Assembly: GCA_963734545.1 (NCBI GenBank) | Contig: CAVTHO010000008.1 | Location: 96,001-160,000, forward strand | Direction: 5' to 3' | DNA from: an uncultured Spirochaetota bacterium | GTDB taxonomy: Bacteria; Spirochaetota; Spirochaetia; SZUA-6; Fen-1364 | Length of the DNA: 64,000 nt | Part shown: positions 54,980-64,000 of the stretch, piece by piece | How positions within the stretch are numbered: the stretch's first letter is position 1 | Layout of the letters: each line of letters begins with the position of its first letter | The notes under the pieces: generated by a model | The model's input: the letters and a program-made list of their open reading frames with translations, nothing else | Database searches by the model: none | What the model was told of the DNA's origin: nothing | Translations under genes and position numbers: made by a program

Positions 54980-55975
54980 TCACTTGCCCATCATGGCTGC
55001 CTGAACGGAAAAGATGGGGCAGTTGACGTCTGCCACGCCCTGCGCAAGCACCATGGAGTCCATGACCGAGTCCAGCTTCATGACTTTGTCGAAATACATG
55101 TTGTCGTAGGGGCTGACCGACCACAACGGAGAATAGCCCTTTTGACCCGGGAGGGTGGCGACGACGTTGTGCGTCTGCATAGACATGGCCGCCATCTTGA
55201 ATCCCGACGAGGGACCGCCGTTTGCCATGCCCGGATTGACATTGAACGTCACATAGATCGGCGAAACAGGCACCCTGCCATCGGCCGTCACCATGAGAGG
55301 CGCCTCGGTGAAATTGAAGTATGTCACGATCTTGTTCCGATACCACCCCTGGTGCAGGCCGGTATCGCTGCCGCTGAGACGGTGCTGCGCCGTCGAGCCG
55401 TCGGGAACGATCGGGCAATTCACGATCGTGTTCGTCGGCGTTGCCGCATACCCCGCGTCCTTCAGCGCCTGAAGGCTCCCGATGGAGTTCGGAGTGTAGT
55501 CTGCGGGAACGGCGACCCGATTGATCTGCCAGAAATCGTTGTACCCGGGATCGCCGGGGATGACGTCCACGATATTGAGCTGGCCCGCGACCGGGGAGCT
55601 CTCCCCCGCGCGGTACAGCACGTAGATCGGGGCAGGGATGGTGGGCTGCACGTCGAAGTTGTAGTACATGACGGTCTCGCCATGCGGACCGAGCCCCGTG
55701 GTGACGAATGGCGGCGTGTCGAAGTCCACCGGTACGTTGGGTCCCGGCAGATGGTTCATCGAATCGCGCATCTGCAGATGACCTGATGCGGAGCTGAACC
55801 GGTCGATGGACACCCGCTCGGCCTTCATGGGGTCCATCATCATGGGCGATTCCTTCATCATTCCCTTGTCCGCCGTCATCGTGCCGGCGGTGGTCGCGCA
55901 GCCCGTGACGATGAGGGCAAGAGCGGCAATGCCCGCCGCCAGGACACGTGGGACGAATTGCGAAGTCTGCATCAT
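54980..55975 (-). CDS. Met-rich lipoprotein with two internal repeats
   Basis: VTGC lipobox; MM clusters; repeated PIYV...PG..GY...W...VNCPI. Confidence 0.75.
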   Translation of the reverse strand: MMQTSQFVPRVLAAGIAALALIVTGCATTAGTMTADKGMMKESPMMMDPMKAERVSIDRFSSASGHLQMRDSMNHLPGPNVPVDFDTPPFVTTGLGPHGETVMYYNFDVQPTIPAPIYVLYRAGESSPVAGQLNIVDVIPGDPGYNDFWQINRVAVPADYTPNSIGSLQALKDAGYAATPTNTIVNCPIVPDGSTAQHRLSGSDTGLHQGWYRNKIVTYFNFTEAPLMVTADGRVPVSPIYVTFNVNPGMANGGPSSGFKMAAMSMQTHNVVATLPGQKGYSPLWSVSPYDNMYFDKVMKLDSVMDSMVLAQGVADVNCPIFSVQAAMMGK

Positions 55976-56077
55976 ATGTTCCTCCTGGTGCCACAAGGTA
56001 CGGAGGAATCCTCACGCAACTCTCACGAAAGGTTAAAGTGTGTGTCACAGTCCGGCCGACAGCTCGGGAGCGCCTGT

Positions 56078-56851
56078 TCAGCGCCCGCCGTTGGACAGGG
56101 TGCTCGCCGCGACGCGGGTGCCTTCTGACAGGGAGTGGTCGAGGAACCAGAGGTAGAGCCGCGAATCCCGGTAGGTCATGGTCCAGCAGTCGTGCGCCAG
56201 GTCCGGGTAGACCGTGAGCCGGGCATCGGCGCCGGACCTCCGGAGAGTGTCGACCATTTTCCTCGACTCGGAAACCGGAACATTGGCATCCTGCGCCCCG
56301 TGAAATGCCCAGATCGGGATGCCGGCGAGGCGCGGGACCTCGGGAAGATCGCTCATACCGCAGATCGGCGCGATGGCGGCAAACGTGCGGGGAAACGCGG
56401 CCGCCGTCTGCCACGTTCCATAACCACCCATGCTGAAACCCGTCAGATACACGCGGTCCCGGTCGATCCGCAGCATCGATTCGACGGAATCGAGGACGCG
56501 CTTCACGATTCCGGGCGGCCAATGCATATTCCGCGGACACTGGGGAATCACGGCAACGAACGGGAAGTCTCCCAGCTTCTCCGCAAAGGTCAGGAGAGCG
56601 AGATCCTGGAGCAGGGACGGATCGTCACCCCGCTGCTCGCTGCCGTGAAGGAAGAGGATGAGGGGCCACTGGGCGGCGGCATCCCGCGCGTACGAGCGTG
56701 GAACATAGAGGAGATAGTTCACGTGATCCGCGATCGAATGGGCGAGGGACAAGCGGTGCACCGAGCGGCCAATGGGGAGCCCCTCGTCTGCCGCCGATGC
56801 GGAGGTCGCAATCAAGGCGGCGAGGATCAGGCCCGACCATCCATGCTTCAT
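56078..56851 (-). CDS. Exported alpha/beta hydrolase (esterase/peptidase)
   Basis: LFLHGS, GFSMG, HGAQD and HDCW motifs. Confidence 0.88.
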   Translation of the reverse strand: MKHGWSGLILAALIATSASAADEGLPIGRSVHRLSLAHSIADHVNYLLYVPRSYARDAAAQWPLILFLHGSEQRGDDPSLLQDLALLTFAEKLGDFPFVAVIPQCPRNMHWPPGIVKRVLDSVESMLRIDRDRVYLTGFSMGGYGTWQTAAAFPRTFAAIAPICGMSDLPEVPRLAGIPIWAFHGAQDANVPVSESRKMVDTLRRSGADARLTVYPDLAHDCWTMTYRDSRLYLWFLDHSLSEGTRVAASTLSNGGR

Positions 56852-56857
56852 ATCCTG

Positions 56858-56974
56858 AGAATACCGCAAAGAGACTTCCGTGCCTGTCATGCAGGTAATG
56901 ACAGCATGTCATAGATTTTCGACAGAAGTCTCAACGATTCGCTGACGCGCCGCGCTCTCCCCGGTGCCTATCAT
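56858..56974. promoter_or_regulatory. Divergent regulon promoters sharing one palindrome
   Basis: TGTCATA-GATT-TTCGACA at 56907-56924; TGTCATG-CAGGT-AATGACA at 56885-56903; TATTCT (minus) at 56863-56858; TATCAT (plus) at 56969-56974. Confidence 0.7.
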
Positions 56975-57020
56975 TGAACTGAATTTGGAAACCGTGGAAG
57001 CCCACGGTTGAGGAGGTCAC

Positions 57021-58853
57021 ATGAAGAAGTACATCCTGAGGGGAGCCGGCCTGGCCGTGCTCCTGCTCGCAGCGATCCTGGGATGCCAGACGGCACAGCC
57101 CGCGCTCGTCGCGCCGGCAGAGAGTGCTGTTCAGGTGGAGAAGTCAGGTTTCTCCCCCGCAGGGGCAGCAGGCCAGACCAGCATCGACATCTCTCTCCTC
57201 TATGGAAGCGGGGATGCAATCAAGTCCTGGAAGGTTGAGTTGATGAGCATCGGAAAGGTTTTCAAAACCTGGACCGGTGATGCCTCCTACCTTCCCGCGA
57301 GCCTGAGCTGGGATGGCAAGACCGATGCCGGCACGATTGCAAACGAGGGCACCTACACGGCAAGGCTCTCCATCGACTACGCTTCGAAGTATCAATCGGC
57401 GGCTGTCGAGAGTCGAAGCTTTATACTGGACATCAGCCCGCCCACAGGTACCATCGCCCTCGATCCGCCCCAGTTCACGCCGTCGGAGAATGGAGTGGCA
57501 GGGCCGCTCACCCTGACGATCAACGCGAGCTCTGCCCTCGCGCATATGGACTCATGGTCCCTGGACGTGTACGACATGGCCGGGGGGCTCGTGAAGAGCT
57601 GGAGCGGGCAATGGCCGAACGCGTCGACCTCCTGGGATGGCTCCGCGATGAGCGGAGGGTTCGTCCGCCCCGCCGGGGTCTACACAGCCGTGGCCACGGT
57701 GCGCGATGAGTACGGCAACTCGGCAAAGCTGAAGAAGGACGTCACAGTGGCACAGCTGCTGACAGCCGCGCCTGCGCCCGCTCCTGCCCTCCCGAAGCCG
57801 GGTGTGGCTTCAATCGCCGCCCAGAGCCCGGGATTCTCGCCGAACGGCGACCAGACTGCCGACACAATGACGTTCGCGCTCGGGTACGGGCAGCCCTCCG
57901 CGGTCACAACGTGGAAAGTGACTGTCGCGGATCTGCGCGGGGGAACCCAGAAGACCTGGACCGGAAACGGCGGCAATCTGCCCGACCACCTCGTATGGGA
58001 CGGCAATTCGGAAGCAGGCGCCCTGGCCCCCGAGGGTGAGTACACGGCAACCCTCGCGGTCAATTACGGAAGCGCGTTCACTCCCGCAATCGCGACGAGC
58101 GCAAGCTTCGCTCTGGACGTCACCCCGCCGACCGGGACGATCTCGCTTTCGTCTGCGCTCTTCTCGCCCATCGAGTCGTCCGACAGGATCACCCTGACGC
58201 TCAGCGCGAGCTCGAAAGTAGCGAAGATCGACAGCTGGACGATGGACGTTTATGATCCGGGAGGAAATGTGTTCCGCAGCTTCTCCGCAAAATGGCCGGC
58301 GAGCACCGCCGTCTGGGACGGCAAGAGCGCCCGCGGGGAAATGGTGCAGTCGGCGGAAGACTACCCCGTGGTGGCGAAGGTGCGCGATCAGTTCGGCAAC
58401 GTGGGCATCGTGAAAGCCACGGTGCCGGTCGATATCCTCGTGGAGAAAACCGCAACGGGATACCGGATTCTCGCGTCACGCATCTTTTTCAAGGCCTTCA
58501 CTGCGGACTACAAAGATGTTCCCCCCGAGCTTGCCCGGCAGAACATGTCCCGCCTCGACGCGCTGGCCGCGAAGCTGAAGAAGTTCACGGGGTACAAGAT
58601 GAATATTGTCGGTCACGCAGTGATGATTTTCTGGGACGACGCGGCAAGGGGCAAGGTGGAGCAGCAGGACATCCTGATCCCCCTCTCCAAGGCACGGGCG
58701 GACGCGGTGGAAGCGGCGCTCGCGGAAAGGGGCCTTGACAAGGCGCGCTTCACCACGGAAGGGGTCGGCGCATCGGAGCAGCTGGTTCCGGACAGCGACT
58801 ACAAGGACCGATGGCAGAACAGGAGAGTCGCGCTGTTTCTTGAAAGAGAGTAG
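57021..58853 (+). CDS. OmpA-family lipoprotein with FlgD-Ig/CHU_C-like repeats
   Basis: ILGC lipobox; FSP/WDG repeats; LSKARADAV and NRRV motifs. Confidence 0.85.
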   Translation: MKKYILRGAGLAVLLLAAILGCQTAQPALVAPAESAVQVEKSGFSPAGAAGQTSIDISLLYGSGDAIKSWKVELMSIGKVFKTWTGDASYLPASLSWDGKTDAGTIANEGTYTARLSIDYASKYQSAAVESRSFILDISPPTGTIALDPPQFTPSENGVAGPLTLTINASSALAHMDSWSLDVYDMAGGLVKSWSGQWPNASTSWDGSAMSGGFVRPAGVYTAVATVRDEYGNSAKLKKDVTVAQLLTAAPAPAPALPKPGVASIAAQSPGFSPNGDQTADTMTFALGYGQPSAVTTWKVTVADLRGGTQKTWTGNGGNLPDHLVWDGNSEAGALAPEGEYTATLAVNYGSAFTPAIATSASFALDVTPPTGTISLSSALFSPIESSDRITLTLSASSKVAKIDSWTMDVYDPGGNVFRSFSAKWPASTAVWDGKSARGEMVQSAEDYPVVAKVRDQFGNVGIVKATVPVDILVEKTATGYRILASRIFFKAFTADYKDVPPELARQNMSRLDALAAKLKKFTGYKMNIVGHAVMIFWDDAARGKVEQQDILIPLSKARADAVEAALAERGLDKARFTTEGVGASEQLVPDSDYKDRWQNRRVALFLERE

Positions 58854-58938
58854 GGCGCCGCGGTATTCCGCGGATTCGGGCGCCGCGGTATTCCGCGGAT
58901 TCGTGGCGCCGCGGTATTCCGCGGATTCGGCGCCGCGG
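58854..58938. repeat. Tandem 25-bp palindromic (REP-like) repeat, 3 copies plus a partial
   Basis: GGCGCCGCGGTATTCCGCGGATTCG at 58854, 58879 and 58905. Confidence 0.9.
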
Positions 58939-58955
58939 CCCGACGTATCTCGCAT

Positions 58956-60140
58956 TCACGGGCCGGTGACCGCGGCAACCGCGACACTCCCGGGCCGGGC
59001 CCCTGCCTTGAAGGGGGAGCCGCTCACCGCCGTGAGCGCCCCGCTCGCCGCGTTGATCGTGAAAGCAGAGACGTTGTTGCTGCCGTAGTTTGCCACGTAG
59101 ACATAGTTCCCCGTCGGGTCTATCGCGATGCCTCTTGGGCTCGACCCGACAGGAACGGGCGAACCGCGTATCTCTTTCAGCGCCCCGCTGCCCGGGCTGA
59201 TCGTGTAGGCAGAGATGGTCGCGTCCGTAGCGTTTGCGACGTAGACAAACTTCCCCGTCGGGTCCACGGCGAGATCCCAGGGGCTGGACCCGGCGGGGAA
59301 AGGCGAGCCACGTACCTCGGCAAGCTCCCCGCTGCTTTGGCTCATCGCGTAAGCGGAGACGGTGGCGCTCCCGTTGTTCGTGACAAAGATAAACTTCCCT
59401 GTCGGGTCGACTGAGACGCCTACAGGGTACACACCGGCGGCGATGGCCGAGCCTCTGACCGCCGTGCGCGCCCCTGTGCCCGAGCCGACGGCGTACGTGG
59501 ATACGTCCCTGCTTCCATTGTTTGCCACGTAGACATACTTTCCCGTCAGGTCTGCGGCGACACCAGCGGGAGACGACCCGGCGGCGAACGGCGACCCCTT
59601 TGCGGCTGTGAGCGCCCCGCTGCCCGCGTTGATCGCATAGGCGGACAAGCTGTCGCTTCCGTAGTTGGTAACATAGATCAGTTTCCCGGCAGGATCCGCG
59701 GCCACATGCCAGGGTCCTGTTTCGGCGGCAAAAGGCGAGCCGCTTACCTCGGCAAGCGCCCCGGTGCCAGCGTTGATCGCGTACGCGGAGACGTCGTTGC
59801 TCCCATAGTTTGCGACGTACACAAACTTACCCTTCGGGTCTACCGCAACGCCCCTCGGGCCCGTCCCGGTGGCGAAGGGCGAACCGTTCACCTCGGTAAG
59901 CGCCCCGCTGCTCATGTCGATCGCGTAGGCAGAGACGGTATTGCTGTTGGTGTTTGCCACGTAGACAAAATACCGGCTTGTTCCGGGAGAGGGCGGCACG
60001 GAGGGCTCCGTGGAGGGCAGGGGCGTCGTCCCGGCCCCGACAGAGGCACAGCCGGCCATCAGGAGCGAGGCTGTTCCCAGCACAAGTACCGTCACGATGA
60101 CGCTCCCGAATACCTTGAGACGACCCTCTCCTGTACTCAT
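58956..60140 (-). CDS. Lactonase-family 7-bladed beta-propeller lipoprotein
   Basis: MAGC lipobox; about 48-aa repeats DPTGKFVYVAN..S..VSAY.I....GAL..V.GSPF. Confidence 0.85.
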   Translation of the reverse strand: MSTGEGRLKVFGSVIVTVLVLGTASLLMAGCASVGAGTTPLPSTEPSVPPSPGTSRYFVYVANTNSNTVSAYAIDMSSGALTEVNGSPFATGTGPRGVAVDPKGKFVYVANYGSNDVSAYAINAGTGALAEVSGSPFAAETGPWHVAADPAGKLIYVTNYGSDSLSAYAINAGSGALTAAKGSPFAAGSSPAGVAADLTGKYVYVANNGSRDVSTYAVGSGTGARTAVRGSAIAAGVYPVGVSVDPTGKFIFVTNNGSATVSAYAMSQSSGELAEVRGSPFPAGSSPWDLAVDPTGKFVYVANATDATISAYTISPGSGALKEIRGSPVPVGSSPRGIAIDPTGNYVYVANYGSNNVSAFTINAASGALTAVSGSPFKAGARPGSVAVAAVTGP

Positions 60141-60253
60141 GATTCCCTCCCAATGCACTTTCGTCCAGTCTCGCGCAAATTAAGAAAATTTAAAATACCC
60201 ATAACAGTACCTGAACTTCCCCTCCATACATTTCTTCATGGAGGTTACTAGAC

Positions 60254-61771
60254 ATGAAACGAAAGATTTACTCTCTTGCGGCCATTGCGGCCGTTGTGGC
60301 AGCGGGAACCGCGCTGTTTCTCTTCACCCCGGTCCTCGGTTTCACGCAGGTGAAGCCGGCGGCCGCGGAACAGACCGGAGGACAGGTGTCCGCGACTCCC
60401 CAGCTCGCGGCTCTCAATACCACCCTGGTGCCTTTGCAGGCATCGTTCCGCGAAGTAACGCAGAAGGTGCTTCCTTCAATCGTCGAGATCGACGTGACCC
60501 AGACGATCACCCAACAGGTCCCCCAGTTCAATTTTCCCTTTGACTTCGGGTTCCCGTTCGATCAGGCACCGAAAAACGGGGGCGGCAGCAGGAGCAGAAC
60601 ATTCCGCCAGTCGGGGCTCGGCTCTGGAATCATCGTGCAGCATACGGGCGGCCGCTACTACGTCCTGACGAACAACCATGTCGTCAAGGACGCCACTGAC
60701 ATCAGCGTCAAGCTGAACGACCAGCGGGTGTTCAAGGCGCGCACAGTCGGCACGGACCCGCGCAAGGACGTCGCCCTTGTCTCCTTCGACAGCAGGGATA
60801 CGATCCCCGTGGCAGAGCTGGGAGATTCGAACGGCCTCCAGGTGGGAGACATCGTGTTCGCCATCGGAAACCCGTTCGGCTTCGAGTCCACGGTGACCAT
60901 GGGCATCGTGAGCGCGCTCGGGCGGCACGGGCCCCAGGGAGACGTCGCAACCTATACCGACTATATCCAGACGGACGCAGCCATCAACCAGGGGAACTCG
61001 GGCGGGGCGCTCGTGAACATCGATGGCCAGGTCATCGGGATGAACACGTGGATCGCCGCGCCCACCGGTGGCAATATCGGGTTGGGATTCGCAATTCCCA
61101 TCGACAACGCTCGTCAGCCGATTCGGGATTTCATCGCCAAGGGCAAGGTGGACTACGGGTGGCTCGGAGCCCAGATAGCGGACGTGCAGGACAAGAAAAC
61201 GTATCCCGGGCTCGCCGCAGATTTGAAGCTCGAGGGCCTGAAGGGCGCCTTCATCATGGAGACCTACAAGGGTTCCCCCGCGGATCGGGCAGGTGTTCTT
61301 CCGGGAGACTACGTCACCCGGGTCGACAACACTGAGATCGCAGATGCAGCGGGCCTGACACAGGTGGTCGGCGGCCTCGTGACGGGAAAAACGTACACAT
61401 TCTCAGTCGTACGCTACGGTGAGAAGACCAGTGTTCCCGTGAAGATCGGGGTGCGTGACGACAAGGACCAGGTGGCCCAGGCAAAGAACATGTGGCCGGG
61501 CATGACCGTGATCGACATCGATGACCAGGTGCGCCAGCAGGTCAACATCCCGCGCGGCACGGCGGGCGTGGTGGTGGGGTATGTTCCGGATCAGAACGCC
61601 CCCGCATCGATCGCGGGACTGAGGCCGGGTGACGTCATCACCGCGGTCAATGGCAAGTCGGTCCGCAACATGATGGACTACTACAAGGCCTTGAACGCGG
61701 GCTCGGGGCGGGGCGTGACGTTCACCATCGAGCGCGACGGCACCGAAGTCAACATCGGGCTGGACAGGTAG
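60254..61771 (+). CDS. degP: Do/DegP family serine endoprotease with two PDZ domains
   Basis: TNNHVV and QTDAAINQGNSGG motifs; two PDZ domains. Confidence 0.92.
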   Translation: MKRKIYSLAAIAAVVAAGTALFLFTPVLGFTQVKPAAAEQTGGQVSATPQLAALNTTLVPLQASFREVTQKVLPSIVEIDVTQTITQQVPQFNFPFDFGFPFDQAPKNGGGSRSRTFRQSGLGSGIIVQHTGGRYYVLTNNHVVKDATDISVKLNDQRVFKARTVGTDPRKDVALVSFDSRDTIPVAELGDSNGLQVGDIVFAIGNPFGFESTVTMGIVSALGRHGPQGDVATYTDYIQTDAAINQGNSGGALVNIDGQVIGMNTWIAAPTGGNIGLGFAIPIDNARQPIRDFIAKGKVDYGWLGAQIADVQDKKTYPGLAADLKLEGLKGAFIMETYKGSPADRAGVLPGDYVTRVDNTEIADAAGLTQVVGGLVTGKTYTFSVVRYGEKTSVPVKIGVRDDKDQVAQAKNMWPGMTVIDIDDQVRQQVNIPRGTAGVVVGYVPDQNAPASIAGLRPGDVITAVNGKSVRNMMDYYKALNAGSGRGVTFTIERDGTEVNIGLDR

Positions 61772-61846
61772 GCAGGCGTGCCGCTGAATGCGCGGCGGCC
61801 GCGATCCCTCAGAGGAGGGGGCATCGAGCCCCTTCCTCTGACCCTC

Positions 61847-61875
61847 TTGACAGGTTCCCGGGTTCTGGGTATTTT
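61847..61875 (+). promoter_or_regulatory. trp sigma70 promoter
   Basis: TTGACA-N17-TATTTT. Confidence 0.75.
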
Positions 61876-61881
61876 CCCGTC

Positions 61882-61938
61882 ATGATACGACGAGGCATGT
61901 CGAAGAGCTCAATTGGATGGTGGTGGTTCTGGACATAG
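61882..61938 (+). CDS. trpL: trp leader peptide MIRRGMSKSSIGWWWFWT
   Basis: Four Trp codons directly upstream of the attenuator and trpE. Confidence 0.88.
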   Translation: MIRRGMSKSSIGWWWFWT

Positions 61939-61968
61939 CCAGAACCATGCCTGCATAAGACATACAGG

Positions 61969-62008
61969 AGCGCGGTTCTGGCGATGAAAGCCAGGCCCGC
62001 GCTTTTTT
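61969..62008 (+). terminator. trp attenuator terminator
   Basis: AGCGCGGTTCTGGC/GCCAGGCCCGCGCT stem plus U-tract; anti-terminator GCCAGAACC at 61938-61946. Confidence 0.8.
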
Positions 62009-62013
62009 ATTGG

Positions 62014-62054
62014 AAAAGCCGTGGAGCCTGTTGGGCAGGTCCCGCGGCTTTTTT
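62014..62054 (+). terminator. Second terminator-like hairpin before trpE
   Basis: AAAAGCCGTGG...CCGCGGCTTTTTT. Confidence 0.65.
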
Positions 62055-62085
62055 GTTATCCGGGCGGTAGAGGGAGGTTCGACAC

Positions 62086-63528
62086 ATGCCGGTGGCGGCA
62101 ACAAGAACGGGTGTCACGATAAGAAAGATCAACGGAGAACGGTTCACGCCGCTTTCTCTGGCAAAAAAACTCGGCGCGAAAGCGCTGCTGGAATCCGCGT
62201 CGTTCCAGAGAGGAAGGGAAAGGTACTCCTTCCTGCTCGTCAAGGAAGCATTTCGAGTTTTCCAGAAAGGCGATTCGTTCTACATGAGCAGGGACGGAAC
62301 GACGCTCGCGCTGAAGACGCGCGCCCGGGACATCCTGGACGTGACCGCGCACTTCAGCCGGCAGCACGACGGGGCGGCCACGCCTTTCCCGCTCCCCACG
62401 GGCGGCGTCGGATACCTCTCGTACGAGTACTGCCGGCGCTTCGACGACATCCGGCTTCGCGAGAAGCCCGATCCCCTCGGCCATTCCCGATGCGCTCTTC
62501 CTGTTCGGGAGCGTGTTCCTCGTCTTCGATCACTATTCGGACACGATCTTCCTCGTGGGAGTGGACTACAGGGAAAAGGAGATCGACATTCCGAAGGCGC
62601 TCGACGAGGCGGAGCGGAGGATCGAAGACCTCGACTTCAATCTTCATGGCGCCTCCGCGCGAAAGGACTGGTCGGTTGAGAGAATCCCCCGGGAGGATGA
62701 GAAGCGCGACGCTTCCTGAGCGGGGTGGAGTCGGTGCGCGCTGAAATCGTGAAAGGCAACCTCCTGCAGGGAGTGCTCTCCCGCAGGGTGCAGGTGCGCA
62801 CCGACATGCCCGCCCTGGAAGCCTACCGGTCGCTGCGGACGCTCAATCCCTCACCCTACATGTTCTATCTCGACTTCGAGGATTTCCAGCTTTTCGGAGC
62901 CTCCCCTGAGGTGCACGTGAAGGCCCGCGACGGGCTCGCCACGATCCGGCCGCTTGCGGGAACCCGGCGGCGCGGCCGCTCGCCCGCGGAGGACGCCGGC
63001 GCTGGAGAAGGAGCTGCTCGCGGACGAGAAGGAGCGCGCGGAGCATCTCATGCTGGTGGACCTTGCGCGCAACGACCTGGGCCGCGTCTGCGCGCCGGGA
63101 AGCGTCAAGGTGACGGAGCTCATGGAGGTGGAGCGCTACTCCCACGTCATGCACATCGTCTCGAACGTGGAAGGAAAGCTGGCGGAGGGCAGGACGGGCA
63201 TCGACGCGCTGCGCGCCACTTTTCCCGCCGGCACCGTTTCGGGCGCGCCGAAGATCAGGGCGATCGAGGTCATCGACTCCCTCGAGCCGGAGAAGCGGGG
63301 CTTCTACGCGGGGGTGGTGGCGCACGTGGAATCCGACGGGTCGCTGGACTCGTGCATCACGCATCCGGAGCGCGCTGAAGATGGGTGACATCGGTGACGC
63401 TGCAGGCGGGCGCGGGCATCGTGTATGACTCGGTTCCGGAAAAGGAATACGAGGAGACTGAGGCAAAGCTCGGGGCTCTCGCGAGGGCCCTCGGGATGGA
63501 AAATGCCGCTGGAGCGGCGGAGGCATAG
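62086..63528 (+). CDS. trpE: Anthranilate synthase component I (about 5 frameshifts)
   Basis: [41 protein letters not shown] and QAGAGIV spread over several frames. Confidence 0.88.
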
Positions 63529-63529
63529 C

Positions 63530-64000
63530 ATGTACGCGATCATCGACAACTACGATTCGTTCACGCACAACCTGTACCAGTACCTGTGCGAGCTCACCGA
63601 CGAGCCCGTGGAGGTATTCCGCAACGACAAGATCACCGTCGCGGAGCTGGAGGCGAAGAAGCCGTCCGGCATCGTCATTTCTCCCGGGCCGGGAAGGCCC
63701 GAGGAGGCGGGGATCAGCGTGGAGGCCGTCACGCGCTTCGCGGGCAAGGTGCCCATCCTCGGCGTCTGCCTCGGCCACCAGGCCATCGGCGTCGCGTTCG
63801 GCGCCCGGATCGTGCAGGCGGCCCGGATCGTGCACGGGAAGGCGGAGGACATGCGCCTGGACGGGCGGGGGCTCTTCCGGGGCCTGCCCGCGAACGGCAC
63901 GTTTCACGCGCTACCATTCCCTGGCCATCGAAAGGGACTCCCTGCCGCCCGAGCTGGAGGTGAGCGCGGTGTCGCCGGACGGGGAGATCATGGGCGTGCG
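63530..64000 (+). CDS. trpG: Anthranilate synthase component II (partial; frameshifts after 63900)
   Basis: IDNYDSFTHNL, SPGPG and GVCLGHQ motifs. Confidence 0.88.
   Translation, partial: MYAIIDNYDSFTHNLYQYLCELTDEPVEVFRNDKITVAELEAKKPSGIVISPGPGRPEEAGISVEAVTRFAGKVPILGVCLGHQAIGVAFGARIVQAARIVHGKAEDMRLDGRGLFRGLPANGTFHALPFPGHRKGLPAARAGGERGVAGRGDHGRA

Noticed and set aside
58854-58938. CRISPR array
   Set aside because: The repeats abut with no spacers, and there are no cas genes.
58956-60140. Internal repeats as a DGR or variable cassette
   Set aside because: Ordinary beta-propeller blades; no reverse transcriptase or template repeat.
1-64000. IS, integrase or prophage explaining the island
   Set aside because: No transposase, integrase, phage ORF or terminal inverted repeats were recognised.

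Overview
High-GC bacterial DNA, probably a free-living Spirochaetota. This is inferred from the spirochaete-style exported proteins, the OmpA/Ig-repeat lipoprotein and the LolA-like/ABC cluster. There are no rRNA genes, convincing tRNAs, CRISPR arrays or intact IS elements. The left half (1-34 kb) is an accessory stress/osmolyte island. It carries a P3A H+-ATPase, HPF/RaiA proteins, a baeRF (Balon-like) factor, glucosylglycerate genes (gpgS, GH13_18 phosphorylase, GT4), MscS/CmpX-like and ClC channels, and an unusual operon: asnB, Ddl-like ATP-grasp ligase, fused B12 glutamate-mutase-like enzyme, opine dehydrogenase. A deletion-collapsed second copy of asnB/ATP-grasp heads a racemase-MFS-MscS operon. 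Seven intergenic regions share an 18-bp TGT-N12-ACA palindrome placed 43-45 nt upstream of a -10 box, which points to an uncharacterised regulon. The right half holds thiol-redox genes with class II CRP/FNR sites, a second P3A ATPase, an ECF sigma/CBM48 anti-sigma cluster, a sigma54 two-component system, an ars/thioredoxin cluster, envelope proteins, degP and the start of an attenuated trp operon. Many short, internally deleted gene remnants are present. The frameshifts in trpE, trpG and arsP look like sequencing errors. All calls were made by eye from motifs; no searches were run.
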